From the NCBI GenBank assembly GCA_937911295.1, contig CALDQE010000073.1, positions 22,352 to 86,351 of the forward strand: 64,000 nucleotides of DNA. Direction: 5' to 3'. The position numbers and the translations under genes were made by a program. This document shows, piece by piece, positions 50,501 to 59,113 of the stretch (the first letter of the stretch is position 1; each line of letters starts with the position of its first letter). Under the pieces are notes generated by a model. It ran no database searches and was not told the origin of the DNA. It was given only the letters and a program-made list of their open reading frames with translations. The DNA comes from an uncultured Verrucomicrobiota bacterium. GTDB lineage: Bacteria; Verrucomicrobiota; Kiritimatiellia; RFP12; UBA3636.

Positions 50501-53425
50501 AAATTCATCCTTATTTAGAAGACCATCATTGTCCCAATCGTCCTCTACCTGTGGTAAGCTTAGAGGATATTGGATTGCATTAACACCAAAACCAGAATCT
50601 AGAGGATTAATACCATGGATAAGCTCCCAACCATCAAATGAACCATCATTATCACTGTCTGTATGGCGTGGGTTTGTTGTCCATGCCATCCATGTTTCAG
50701 GTGAGAAATTAAAATCTGTATTACCTAATGATAATACCTGCATATATTCATGGTAATAACCAACCATAAATTCGTCATAGTTTGAAAATGCTGTTCCTGA
50801 AATTCCAGCAATATTTGGATTATATGGAGCATATGCCACACCATTCCACTGACCTAGACCACTTGAATTTAATAGATATGCCATCAAGTGTGATGATGTT
50901 CCATCTGGGCATTGTTCTGTTGGATTTAACTTGAAAATACCATCCTCAAGAATTGCAAATTTTGCATCTACCATTTTTGGTTCAACTGCATAGGTTGCCT
51001 CAATAATTAGCATAGAATCTCTATCAGGGTTACCACCTGCACCATGCTCACCAGCAGCACTTAATGGATCAAGATAATTCAATACTTCCCAGCCATCTGG
51101 TAGACCATCTTTATCTGTATCCCAATGTAATGGATCTGTACCTAATGTATATTCCTCAACCAAGGTTAATCCATCATTATCAAAATCCTCCATTGAATAG
51201 TTATTTGGTAGTAATGGATCAAAAGCATCAAGCAATAATTGCTTAATTGTTGCCTTGTTTTCATCAGATGTATAATCATCTAACTTAAGAATTGAAGCTA
51301 TATGCTTAACAATTGAGCTATCTGTAAATTCTCTTTCTTTAAAATCGTATGAGTAGAAGTTATTGCCAAAAGCAATCCACTTATCAAATCCTACCTCATA
51401 CATAATGGTTGTCCAGAAATAATATTCCCAGCCATCACTCATACCATCACCATCTGAATCATATCCAGATAAATCTGTTTGTGGATCTTCAGCAGAAGGG
51501 ATAGTACCAGGTGAATTTCCGCGTAGAGCAGGATCTGTTTCTGGTGTTACAATCTGAACATCTGCATAACGTCTCCAAACACCATCTCCACGATCCTCTT
51601 CTAGACCACGTGCCTCAATCAAATTGTTAAATGGATTATTTTCTGATGGGAAATAACCTATCGCTGTTGGTGTTACCTTAATAGGATATTCATAAACACG
51701 AACACTTCCTACGCCTGTAACAACATTTGGTACCTCAATTAATGAAGCATTTGGTAAATAATCACCATCTGAATTACCATTTGATCCATAAATTTTTGTT
51801 GGCTGAATTGCTGCTACTGTGCTTAAATCCTCATTCTCATCATCCATTGTAATAACGGTTCCAGAATTGAAATAACGCATTTCCCACTGGTCACCCAATT
51901 GGTCAGCATCAATATCACCAAAGCCTTCACCAGGATAATATTCCTTAGAGAAGAAATATATTACTGTTCTATCTGAAATATCATCAACTGTTTCACCCAT
52001 GTGGATAAGTGTAGATTTTCCACTATGAATAATTGACTTACTTGTTGAATCAAGAACCACCTCATCATCACCAGCAGACCAACCAAATGGGAAACTACCT
52101 TCATCTGGAATTGGCTGAACTGTTACTGCTGACACAGCACTGTTACCTGTTGATGAAAAACGATTTCCTTCTACCTTCCAAGTAATACCAGCAGGCTCTG
52201 TAAATTTAAATGTACCAGAACCAATACCATTTAAACCACGCAAGCCTTTTTCTGCCTCGTTTACAAGTAAAAGTGCTCCGTTCTCTACTTCCATTTCAAA
52301 TACACGAACTGCAACACCACCATCACCATCGTCTACTGTAAGTGTAATCTGATATGTTCCAGCTTGATTATATGTGTATGTAACATTCTGTCCAGCTACA
52401 TTGCCTTTTCCATCACCAAAGTTCCAATTGTATGACAAAGGATCATATTGTGATGGAACAACATCACGAGCAGAAGCTGAGAAGGAAACTGGCTGCCCGA
52501 TTGCTGTCTTAAATGTTGTACCCTCTGCAGGTGTATCAATTGCTGGATTTTCATTATCAGCAGAAATAGGTAATATACCTATTAGTCCATTATCTCCCTC
52601 AAGAATAAGATCTGATGTATAGAAATTGTCCAATGCCTTTAGCTTTGATAATGTAACTGTATCCTTATTTGCTGGCCATGTCAAGGTTGCTGGACCAGAA
52701 ACCAATGGAAGCCCATCTGCATTTGTAGGATATGTTATTGTGTAAATAACCTTTGTTTCTGGAGCTCTATTTACTGAAATTATAACATCCTGATACATTG
52801 AGCCTTCTTCAACAGAAAGTGATGAAGGTACAAAGACTAATGAACTCTCTACCTTAATCTGAATGTAATTTGGTGCTGTAGCATCTGTTCCGTACCAATT
52901 ATTAAATTCTGTTACAGGATTTGATGGGAAGTTTGTAATTTGAGGCTTGTCATTTGTAGGAACCTTGTAAACTGAATCAGTACCTGTATCGCCATTTTCG
53001 TAAACAAGATTTGCTGTAATATTATCTTCTCCAACAAAATTTAACAATGCCTTTCCTGAAAATTGAACAAAACCTAAATCATCAGGTTGAATTGTATAGT
53101 TAAATACCATAAGAGAAGCATCACTTGTAACATATGCTGCCTTTCTAGTTACAGTACCTATTTTAAAATTCAAGGTAGGCGTACCTGTTACTGTAAAGCT
53201 TTCAATCATTGGTGTTTCACCATCAGCATTTTCTTTATCGGAAATAAATTCAAGATAGAATTTAATTTCCCCGCTAGCGAAAACAAACTGACCCTCAGGC
53301 TGTGTTTCACCATCCTCATTAACATACTGAATGCTGCTAATTAAAACGCTTGCATTTGCGAATGAAAATGCAAACATAACAAACAATAATAATGTTGATT
53401 TTATTAGTTTTTCTATATTTTTCAT
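44588..53425 (-). CDS. Giant (2945-aa) secreted cell-surface adhesin-like protein with a PKD domain, a LamG/ConA-like lectin domain and ≥13 dispersed thrombospondin-type-3-like calcium-binding motifs.
   Basis: Seen: signal peptide. PKD block YNWNFGDGKGN...YTYNQAGTYQITLTVDDGDGG (aa ~330-380, nt ~52285-52530). LamG block TVELWFK...WYHVAVSLD...FNLYLNGALI (nt ~48550-49050). Many D.D.DG(L/I/M).D..E motifs (DTDKDGLPDGWEV, DSDGDGMDDYWEI, SLDSDGDGIPDYYEI, DTDGDGVSDLEEF and others). Confidence 0.7.
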   Translation of the reverse strand: MKNIEKLIKSTLLLFVMFAFSFANASVLISSIQYVNEDGETQPEGQFVFASGEIKFYLEFISDKENADGETPMIESFTVTGTPTLNFKIGTVTRKAAYVTSDASLMVFNYTIQPDDLGFVQFSGKALLNFVGEDNITANLVYENGDTGTDSVYKVPTNDKPQITNFPSNPVTEFNNWYGTDATAPNYIQIKVESSLVFVPSSLSVEEGSMYQDVIISVNRAPETKVIYTITYPTNADGLPLVSGPATLTWPANKDTVTLSKLKALDNFYTSDLILEGDNGLIGILPISADNENPAIDTPAEGTTFKTAIGQPVSFSASARDVVPSQYDPLSYNWNFGDGKGNVAGQNVTYTYNQAGTYQITLTVDDGDGGVAVRVFEMEVENGALLLVNEAEKGLRGLNGIGSGTFKFTEPAGITWKVEGNRFSSTGNSAVSAVTVQPIPDEGSFPFGWSAGDDEVVLDSTSKSIIHSGKSTLIHMGETVDDISDRTVIYFFSKEYYPGEGFGDIDADQLGDQWEMRYFNSGTVITMDDENEDLSTVAAIQPTKIYGSNGNSDGDYLPNASLIEVPNVVTGVGSVRVYEYPIKVTPTAIGYFPSENNPFNNLIEARGLEEDRGDGVWRRYADVQIVTPETDPALRGNSPGTIPSAEDPQTDLSGYDSDGDGMSDGWEYYFWTTIMYEVGFDKWIAFGNNFYSYDFKEREFTDSSIVKHIASILKLDDYTSDENKATIKQLLLDAFDPLLPNNYSMEDFDNDGLTLVEEYTLGTDPLHWDTDKDGLPDGWEVLNYLDPLSAAGEHGAGGNPDRDSMLIIEATYAVEPKMVDAKFAILEDGIFKLNPTEQCPDGTSSHLMAYLLNSSGLGQWNGVAYAPYNPNIAGISGTAFSNYDEFMVGYYHEYMQVLSLGNTDFNFSPETWMAWTTNPRHTDSDNDGSFDGWELIHGINPLDSGFGVNAIQYPLSLPQVEDDWDNDGLLNKDEFGNSPTAVVEVTDVYDARNNLIGTAANTVVIYTPDVSKGWTERTSSTNPWNPDSDYDGLMDGLEFGEEGATEITNYDPNSVDTDLDNLPDGWEVIYGLNKFGYDPMGQGGPYGDPDCDGLANYQEYLTGANYAWQPQLMIAKNHLDMLTDPFFNPDNLEWFGYGDRYAFDIIRPRVDPVLAMSAAAAYGDIYEQFYTEFVAANPDITIKTFNDELVVISALLEIFPIPDFGLVYYYVYSKHYGSSNPDFGEGLTHSINELQRCYGQNPYNWDPAFLIDKEIAPKPLYFHTVLTTTDPMSPDSDGDGMDDYWEIFHGLNPIWGKSDPFGRFFYGTMIPIASYSYPYLSETKPWSIGSPYADVDQDGLNNREESIEVYGQDIYPDTDPTPYWITDTSYNQSHVNLYYAYGEYTTILPDKEHPAFPNNLLPELSFWPWLAKYAANAEEAPQPSFVAPQYIWDFEINEGLDTDNDNINDREECLTTDLRGLSDNKDPTDPHSRKAIYLDGIDSAMRTRIPFFHDKWAMAAYTVELWFKSENPASGKDQTLIERPVRMPIDDQTGTIETAIRRTFRIQLTPEGTIRAEFQNDAMATFSTETSIENGLIAKDTWYHVAVSLDSVNNKFNLYLNGALIKTVACDLKPCTGYFPGTQDLVVTNAVGSAQPSISYLDSFDYYPAPIVLGASEENPDGKIGTSPIYYMAGALAPNWAEPVLSDFFHGWIDEVRVWDRVRSAAEIQAAYQKSFTLDEVYAINHARFAWEEENKFPYATAIADFPQKLLYYYNFNNLPDVIIDSTRKDDSIVYPTDIQQVPLGIGERMGVPTGYQIPWWASSLVKSSVYDGDLGYIPLAENLAAHVPQYPPLSSRRFLAVFDQEYKLLGYRVRKEEDYVLYATMGAVYELEIVDPSEINLDELIDPRLINNSANPYAQVYRTGLEPQYEISLDFFSGSLYGSRNYELIPFFSDLVPLGGAVADFDTELWDGNGVGYDVSSLDSDGDGIPDYYEILMGMDPYSADGDDGAFGDLDGDGLDNYAEYLAGTSANSADTDGDGISDYFERDTEQSLTYGDMYDDGDGMPSAWELDNGLDADKFDAHEDKDADGWTNIEEYIAGTRANDTLSFPMPNITFTFHYNGDIVDVPCITVHSFSEKHAGKDMGGKLDGLWTDLPNLLSVLVQVGEDRQGVLPNTMIKAGTARLTYMTPPTVNEEGIPVPGVLTTVGESPINENQGQFEGTNFYIDYVSGVIIDGSIGGILVGQTVSLDYSYTYSFPFTKSDVMPALTEGRHLRSGNNRFFGFLDLNSDYKYDAGEPCGLSTQRPTLISVNGANVEIAMTDDLWGYPRISWGNVDSTNAPTVTADEYEVVIINPTGDSDTIKIRAPRTWLHEGDIINAGLKGIPFGTSTSPFIEYEVWAGDEMIHEGMLEWNLGVNNRRKMAIIAPVEEMNGALVEFKWQMDHRNQGAKIVIKNSAGATVYNDVILLPVRHGDLEDVDMYYSTFPQLEGGQGKFFLLPDDTYTYTITEYINGTGIKPQSVSGEFTVNNEGTPRMNYSVNGTITYFGKVHNEGTSSNIMTADGTSLVASGEIGAINPGTISFSVVNAAGDVIDTIRDTFSDGVLKGDSNENPGFGKIYYDTGKFEIRWQQPLAAGAKLNMYKKSFTKAPIIVESYVVPESSNHANGIGGTLAARMKATTKGTYSLVGMSRGKYVVRAFIDSNNNGFCDTWESEGFATLGAPLSGPIVYEAIEPIVLPNTVNGSADALNANIVIFDKDTDNDILPDSWEYQMFGDINKYSGRDYRNGIYIWQEYADGALDSDPTMVDTDSDGLSDAAEINLTFTNTHSWDTDGDGVSDLEEFLSGSNPKAADESTPYATLAVEFDENGKPFVQCPYPAVVAGNEITYYLKYKAELGAKDWQVVDTLKVAPPMVINGKLEAGTAIMRPDEALIDDWSTGFFKIDVTVDCQEFEVIHSNSTSEVIGK

Positions 53426-53468
53426 ACCTTATACCTTCTCTTATAGGTTATGTTTATTTAAAATTAAC

Positions 53469-54059
53469 TTATTCAGCTTTTTCCTCAGATGACTCTTCTG
53501 TAGCCTCTGTTTTAATAGCACGTGATTTCATATTTAAACGAACTAATTCTGAAGATTTTTTAGTTTCTTCAGATAACTGCTTTTGAATTGATTCCTTAGC
53601 TGCTACTAGCTTCACATACTCTGCATCTTCATCTATTATTTTCTGAATAGCAGCCTTTTTTTCTGTAAGCTGCTTCTCTAAATCAGCAATTTCTGTTGAC
53701 AAAACTTTTGCTTCTTCATTTGTCTTGATAATTGTATCCTTATGAGCAGCTATTTCTTTCTCTGCCTTCTCTAGATTAATTCGTATAGCTTCTGTTTTTT
53801 CCTTCTGAAGCTTCATCATTGCAATGCGCTTTGTGGTCTCTTTATCATTTTGCTTATAAAATGCATTCTTATTGTTTGCCTCTAAACGCTCTTTAATTTT
53901 TGCACGACGCTCAGCAACCTTTGGATCAACTGTGCTTTCTTCTGCAGTAGCCTCTGCAACTGCATTAGTATTGGTTGTGGTCTCTGTGGCTTTTGGCTCT
54001 TCTTTAGCAAATACAGAGAAACCAATAATAACAAATAATAAAATTAAATTTTTCTTCAT
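53469..54059 (-). CDS. Secreted Lys/Glu-rich coiled-coil protein, unknown function.
   Basis: Seen: signal peptide, then heptad-like K/E-rich sequence throughout. Confidence 0.45.
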   Translation of the reverse strand: MKKNLILLFVIIGFSVFAKEEPKATETTTNTNAVAEATAEESTVDPKVAERRAKIKERLEANNKNAFYKQNDKETTKRIAMMKLQKEKTEAIRINLEKAEKEIAAHKDTIIKTNEEAKVLSTEIADLEKQLTEKKAAIQKIIDEDAEYVKLVAAKESIQKQLSEETKKSSELVRLNMKSRAIKTEATEESSEEKAE

Positions 54060-54079
54060 ATCTGATTTTCCTAAATAAT

Positions 54080-55501
54080 TTATTGAGCTATTCGTCTAAA
54101 TCTAAAGAAACTTGAATTGATGCTTGAAGCATCATTCTGATCTACTAATATTTTTATTGGTATATTCAAGAAACATTCCTTTGTGGATGATGCTTCTGTA
54201 ACTTCTCCTGAAATATCAAAAACCTCATCACTTCCAACAAAATTATTTCCTGTAATAGTAAATTCACCTGCTGCCTCTGGTACATTTATATTGGCTTGCA
54301 ATGCTGGAGCCCATGCAGCCTCTGTTAGCTCTTTCTTATAATCTAACATATAATTACCAACTGGATTCTCCCCAGATAATGAAACAACTAAATTTGTCAT
54401 GGTTATTGCTGTAAATTTGATTTTTACATCATATTCTTCATCTGGCAAAACTTCCTCTTCTTCAGTAAAAACACGATCATCAATATTATATGCTGCTACT
54501 CGCCTATTATTACTATCCGCTACTAATATTACTGATTTGCCATCTACGCCTGTTGAACAATATGGAAAACTTAACTTTGATTTAGCTGTTCCTGAATTTC
54601 CTAGCTTCAACAAAAATTTTCCAGAATCAAAATCATATAGATTTATACTACTTGTGGCTCTATCTGTAACAACCAATGATAATTTTCCTGATTCTGTTTT
54701 CCAAATATCAACATCTGTTGGTTGAACTAAATTACTTTCTGTTGAATCATTTACTAATGGTAATGTTTTATCAAGTGCTACAGTATCAGACAAAATACTA
54801 TATACATATACTTTCTTAGCCAACACATCTGCTATTGCTAAATATTCTGATGCTCCATCTGAATAGTAATCTATTCCAGCAAATGAATTTTGGGATAATG
54901 GTGTGCCAAAATAAAAAACTTTTCCAGTAATATTATCGGTAGCCATATCCAAAAACAAAATATGTGAACCATCAGCAGCTATTGCATATACTTTATCACC
55001 TGCATTATTTATGGAAATGCCAGCATATTTATCCTCTACGGTTGCACTAAAATCAAAATCTAAAGCAACTGTCCCGTTGGTATTTTTAACTAATTTATAT
55101 ACTACAAATCTTGTATAAGTGGAAAATTGATCCATCAATACTACTAAATTCTTTTCGTTATTGTATGCTATATCATAAGGATACGAAATAACCCCATCTA
55201 TTGTTGATTGACCCTTGTGTAAAAGTAAAAGCTTGCCAGCTACATCATTACTATAAATTGCTATTGCATTTCTTCCGGCGTCTGCAACAAATATATAATC
55301 CTCTGAAGCTGCTATTCCTCGTGGGCGAGCACCGCTAACAGTTTGAGAATATTCAGCCGTTGGATTTATATATGTAAATTGAGTATATGTATCCGCATAT
55401 ATTGCAGGTACTTGATATATAACTGCAATTATATTCGCTAGTATAAGATTATGGCAAATTTTCTTTATATTACTGCCAATTATACTCATTTTATACTCCA
55501 T
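54080..55501 (-). CDS. Secreted beta-propeller protein with NHL-like repeats.
   Basis: Seen: recurring blades with motifs P.GIA / YDIAY / AGISIN / FAGIDYY / PTDVDIW. Confidence 0.4.
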   Translation of the reverse strand: MEYKMSIIGSNIKKICHNLILANIIAVIYQVPAIYADTYTQFTYINPTAEYSQTVSGARPRGIAASEDYIFVADAGRNAIAIYSNDVAGKLLLLHKGQSTIDGVISYPYDIAYNNEKNLVVLMDQFSTYTRFVVYKLVKNTNGTVALDFDFSATVEDKYAGISINNAGDKVYAIAADGSHILFLDMATDNITGKVFYFGTPLSQNSFAGIDYYSDGASEYLAIADVLAKKVYVYSILSDTVALDKTLPLVNDSTESNLVQPTDVDIWKTESGKLSLVVTDRATSSINLYDFDSGKFLLKLGNSGTAKSKLSFPYCSTGVDGKSVILVADSNNRRVAAYNIDDRVFTEEEEVLPDEEYDVKIKFTAITMTNLVVSLSGENPVGNYMLDYKKELTEAAWAPALQANINVPEAAGEFTITGNNFVGSDEVFDISGEVTEASSTKECFLNIPIKILVDQNDASSINSSFFRFRRIAQ

Positions 55502-55721
55502 TACTGTTAGTTATTTTAAAAAAATATATCACAATGAGGGTATAGTACCCCTACAAAAGATAATGCTACCATAAGATTAAATGTAAAACAATAGAAAACT
55601 AGCTTTTTTAGGGAAAAATGAGTTAATTTTTTTTTGAGGTTTATATTTATAAAATAAAAAAAACACCCCTTTTATGGAATGTTTTTTTCTTTAATAAATC
55701 ATAATTGCTTGATTTTGAATA

Positions 55722-56261
55722 CTATATTTCTTCAGAATTACGCTTTGCCTGCTCTACCCAACCTAGAACATCCTCAGTATAACCTTCTGGAAGTTCTAAA
55801 AGCTGCTTTCCACAATTACCACAGCATCCTCCTGGTGTCTGAAGCTTAACTCCACAATGAGGACATACTTTAATCAAAATTTCACCACATATCGCACAAC
55901 GATTGGAAAAGCCTGCTTTTCCTGTAGGCTTGAAATATACATTCATTCCTACTATATATGGCTTATTACTTGGACATTCAAAATTAGCACACATTGCCAC
56001 CTCTGGCTGTAATGGTGCTAAAGCTGCAGCTGTCAATACTGGTCCCATGCTCGGAATCAGTGCCGATAAATTAATTTCTAATAATTCTGCTAGCTTCTCA
56101 TAAGTAGACTCTGAAATGGCATCTACTCTGCCACCCTCCATCATACTAATTGCTGATTGCTTGCAGCCTACCTTATTTGCTATTTCTATTTGGGTAATAC
56201 CACGCTCCAATCGAGCCGCCCTTATTAGCTTTGGTAGTTGTTTTAATATTTCCTGTTTCAT
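55722..56261 (-). CDS. XRE-family helix-turn-helix transcriptional regulator fused to a C-terminal Cys-rich zinc-ribbon domain.
   Basis: Seen: HTH block LERGITQIEIANKVGCKQSAISMMEGG. C-terminal Cys pairs spaced CAIC...CPHC...CCGNC. Confidence 0.6.
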   Translation of the reverse strand: MKQEILKQLPKLIRAARLERGITQIEIANKVGCKQSAISMMEGGRVDAISESTYEKLAELLEINLSALIPSMGPVLTAAALAPLQPEVAMCANFECPSNKPYIVGMNVYFKPTGKAGFSNRCAICGEILIKVCPHCGVKLQTPGGCCGNCGKQLLELPEGYTEDVLGWVEQAKRNSEEI

Positions 56262-56517
56262 GCGTATTAGTATGCAATAAATAATATCAACAAATCAAGC
56301 ATAACTTATCAACAGCTTGTTGATATTCTGTTGATAATTATTGTTGATTACTAAATAAATATCTTAAAAACAATAACTTATATGTTATCAACAATCTTGA
56401 TAATAACCTGTTAATAAACCTATTTTAATAAATATTATTTATAAATGATTGAAGCTATTGCCTCAAAGCATAGCCTCTCTTGACACATATGGTCTATTAA
56501 ATATTAGTTATTAACAA
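56262..56517. promoter_or_regulatory. AT-rich region with a cluster of TTATCAACA/TGTTGATAA and TGTTAATAA 9-mers, including an 8-bp inverted pair. These are DnaA-box-like sites and/or operators for the adjacent regulator.
   Basis: Seen: TTATCAACA at 56306-56314 and 56385-56393. Inverse copies at 56317-56325 and 56329-56337, TGTTGATTA at 56342, TGTTAATAA at 56409-56417. Confidence 0.35.
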
Positions 56518-57951
56518 TTAATGATGCTTGCTCTCTCTGGCATCAGTTTCTAAAGCTATCTTTAACTCTGATAACCTTGATGGTAATATAAGCTCCTGCA
56601 TGGCTGCTGCTATGCTTTTTGGAGATAATGCATGTAATCTACCATATTTATTATATAAATGGTCTGCTACACGCATTATTTGCTCAAATGGCGTATTTTC
56701 ACTGAAAATATATAACCTGGAGGATAGGTTAAATCTACCACGATTGTACATTATATCAAAGCATTTAGCAAAACGCTCCATTCTTCTTAACTCAGCAAAA
56801 CTAATATCTCTAGTTGAAAGTACCTCAAATGGAGGATCTGGAGAGAATTTTAATTCGTATTTTTCTATATGCCTATACATAGCCGTACCAGGAAGAAGCT
56901 TTAATATGCCAACCTGAAGCTCAGCTGGATTTAATCCAATCAAAAAGTTAAATCCAGAGGCAATAGTTTCTATTCCTTCTCCTGGCAAACCTATAATTAA
57001 ATCAGCATGAACGTCAGCTCTAGCCTCTTCTATTAAAAATTTAAGCGTTTGTGTCGTTTTTTCACGATTTAAAGGTCGTTTTATTCGTGCAGCTATCTCT
57101 GGCTCCCAAGTTTGTATTCCAACCTCTAAATGAAGCGTTTTAGGCGGAAATGCACAAAGCCTCTGTCTCCATGCCTCATTAGGCTCCTCTGGAGTAAATT
57201 CAAAATGAAGAGTCATTCCTTCTCTATAATTTTCTCTAAAGAAATCTAATAAAGCTAATGAATGTTCCCCACCATGATTAAAGGACCTATCCAAAAATTT
57301 AAAATGAATTACCCCTCGGTTAATTAATTTTAAAAATTCACGCTTTAATGCCTCTAATGGAAAATATCTTATTCCCCCACTTCCTGCAGAAGTACAATAT
57401 TCACAAGAAAAAGGACAGCCTCGTGTTGCTTCTACATAAACAACCCTATTTGCTATATCCTTATCCTCATATAAATAATATGGTAGCTTTACTTTTGATA
57501 AATCTACTGGTTGTGCAAAAATCTCATAAGAACAAGAAGGAATATTTTTTTTACCAGACAATGCTAATTTTACAGCATCGTATATAACCTCTTCGCCTTC
57601 ACCATAAATTATTATGTCGACAAATTTTTTTAATGGCTCTGTTTCATCATAAGGTACAAGCTGTGGTCCACCAGCAATAATAGGAACATCAGGAATAATC
57701 TCACGACATAATTTGCACACTGCCACAAAAAAATCCCTGTTCCACAAATATGTTGAAAGTAGAATAACAGAAGGAGACAATGCCACAAGCCTCTCAAAAA
57801 ATTGAAGCGGTGTTGTCTCCCTTACCTCTGTCTCTATAATTAAAGCATTCTCCTCTAAATCACGAAGAGAGGCTTTAAGACACATTGAAGCAAAGGCACA
57901 ATGTATGTAGCTAGCATTACCACCTACAAATACAATATTTGTCTTTGCCAT
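56518..57951 (-). CDS. B12-binding-domain radical SAM protein (class B).
   Basis: Seen: N-terminal Rossmann-like B12-binding region (VFVGG...LLSTYLWN). CPFSCEYC radical SAM cluster. The ATG at 57949-57951 (MAKTNIV...) is the likely start. Confidence 0.7.
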   Translation of the reverse strand: MAKTNIVFVGGNASYIHCAFASMCLKASLRDLEENALIIETEVRETTPLQFFERLVALSPSVILLSTYLWNRDFFVAVCKLCREIIPDVPIIAGGPQLVPYDETEPLKKFVDIIIYGEGEEVIYDAVKLALSGKKNIPSCSYEIFAQPVDLSKVKLPYYLYEDKDIANRVVYVEATRGCPFSCEYCTSAGSGGIRYFPLEALKREFLKLINRGVIHFKFLDRSFNHGGEHSLALLDFFRENYREGMTLHFEFTPEEPNEAWRQRLCAFPPKTLHLEVGIQTWEPEIAARIKRPLNREKTTQTLKFLIEEARADVHADLIIGLPGEGIETIASGFNFLIGLNPAELQVGILKLLPGTAMYRHIEKYELKFSPDPPFEVLSTRDISFAELRRMERFAKCFDIMYNRGRFNLSSRLYIFSENTPFEQIMRVADHLYNKYGRLHALSPKSIAAAMQELILPSRLSELKIALETDARESKHH

Positions 57952-57961
57952 AGCTTTTATT

Positions 57962-58588
57962 TTAAAGCTGAGCAAATGCCTTTAACCAAGCATCAGCAAT
58001 TAATTGATGACCAGCACCACTTGGATGAACTCCATCTGGTGTCCAATGCTCCATCGCTGCCCTTGCATTTGCAGACTCAAAACTTTCATGAAGCTTTACA
58101 CATGGAAGTGAAAATTCTTTTGCTATTTTTTCCACCACTGCCTGTCGCTCATTAAGCTCAGGGAAAAAGCTTGCTATGTGATCATTAATTGGATTTGCAA
58201 ATGGAGTCATTAAAATAATTTTTATGTTAGGCAACTCCGTTTGAGTCCATTCTATTAACTCACGATAAAATCTCTCATAACGTGGAACCTCAACCCCATT
58301 TTGTCCACCACGCTCATGCCATGTATCATTAACTCCAATTAATATTGTTAAAATATCTGGAGCTATATTTATACAATCTGCCTTCCATCGAGCATATAAA
58401 TCAACAATTCTATTTCCACTTATTCCACGATTTATAATCTCATAATTTTTTTCTGGAAAATCACAAAGTAAACGATTTGCAATAAGCTTTACATAGCCTG
58501 CTCCTAAAGCACAATCACGTACACCTGTCCCTACATCTGTAAAACGACCAGCATCTGTAACTGAATCGCCTTGAAATAAAATTTTCAT
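57962..58588 (-). CDS. SGNH/GDSL hydrolase-family esterase, a paralogue of the 33630..34289 gene.
   Basis: Seen: ILFQGDSVTDAGR, GISGN, GVNDTWHE, DGVHP catalytic blocks. Confidence 0.65.
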   Translation of the reverse strand: MKILFQGDSVTDAGRFTDVGTGVRDCALGAGYVKLIANRLLCDFPEKNYEIINRGISGNRIVDLYARWKADCINIAPDILTILIGVNDTWHERGGQNGVEVPRYERFYRELIEWTQTELPNIKIILMTPFANPINDHIASFFPELNERQAVVEKIAKEFSLPCVKLHESFESANARAAMEHWTPDGVHPSGAGHQLIADAWLKAFAQL

Positions 58589-58594
58589 TTTAAA

Positions 58595-59110
58595 TTATTC
58601 CTTTTCTTTGTTTATCTGCTTTAAGCCTTCTAAAGCAAGGCGAGCATGTCTTACATTTAAATTATTACGTAAATTTTTTTCTGCTAATTCTTTTATCTCA
58701 GGTGACTTTAATATTTCATTTCTAATTTCCTGACGAACCTTAGCTAATTCTGCTGCCAGCTTTTTTTCTTTGTCGCGCAATGCATTAACTTTTTCTGAAT
58801 CATTCTGTGGAACAAATCCAATACACTTCCTTTCATATTCCATCCGTGATTTTCTAGCCTCAGCTCCTTCATCTATTATATACTTTTGAAGTGCTTCAAT
58901 TTCATTTTGTATTGCTTCGTTTGATTGCTTTGACCAATACTCTCTATATTTCAAAAAATCAGCATCTGTTCGAGGTAAATTTTTCTCTACTGTATTTTCA
59001 ATTAAAGTTGGTGTTTCAACAGGAACTGCTTCATTTAATTTTACATCTTCTGAAAATACAATTATTGAATTTAAAATAACTATGCTTACTAATAATATCT
59101 TATTTTTCAT
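58595..59110 (-). CDS. Secreted coiled-coil protein, unknown function.
   Basis: Seen: signal peptide, then E/K/R-rich helical sequence. Confidence 0.4.
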   Translation of the reverse strand: MKNKILLVSIVILNSIIVFSEDVKLNEAVPVETPTLIENTVEKNLPRTDADFLKYREYWSKQSNEAIQNEIEALQKYIIDEGAEARKSRMEYERKCIGFVPQNDSEKVNALRDKEKKLAAELAKVRQEIRNEILKSPEIKELAEKNLRNNLNVRHARLALEGLKQINKEKE

Positions 59111-59113
59111 AAA

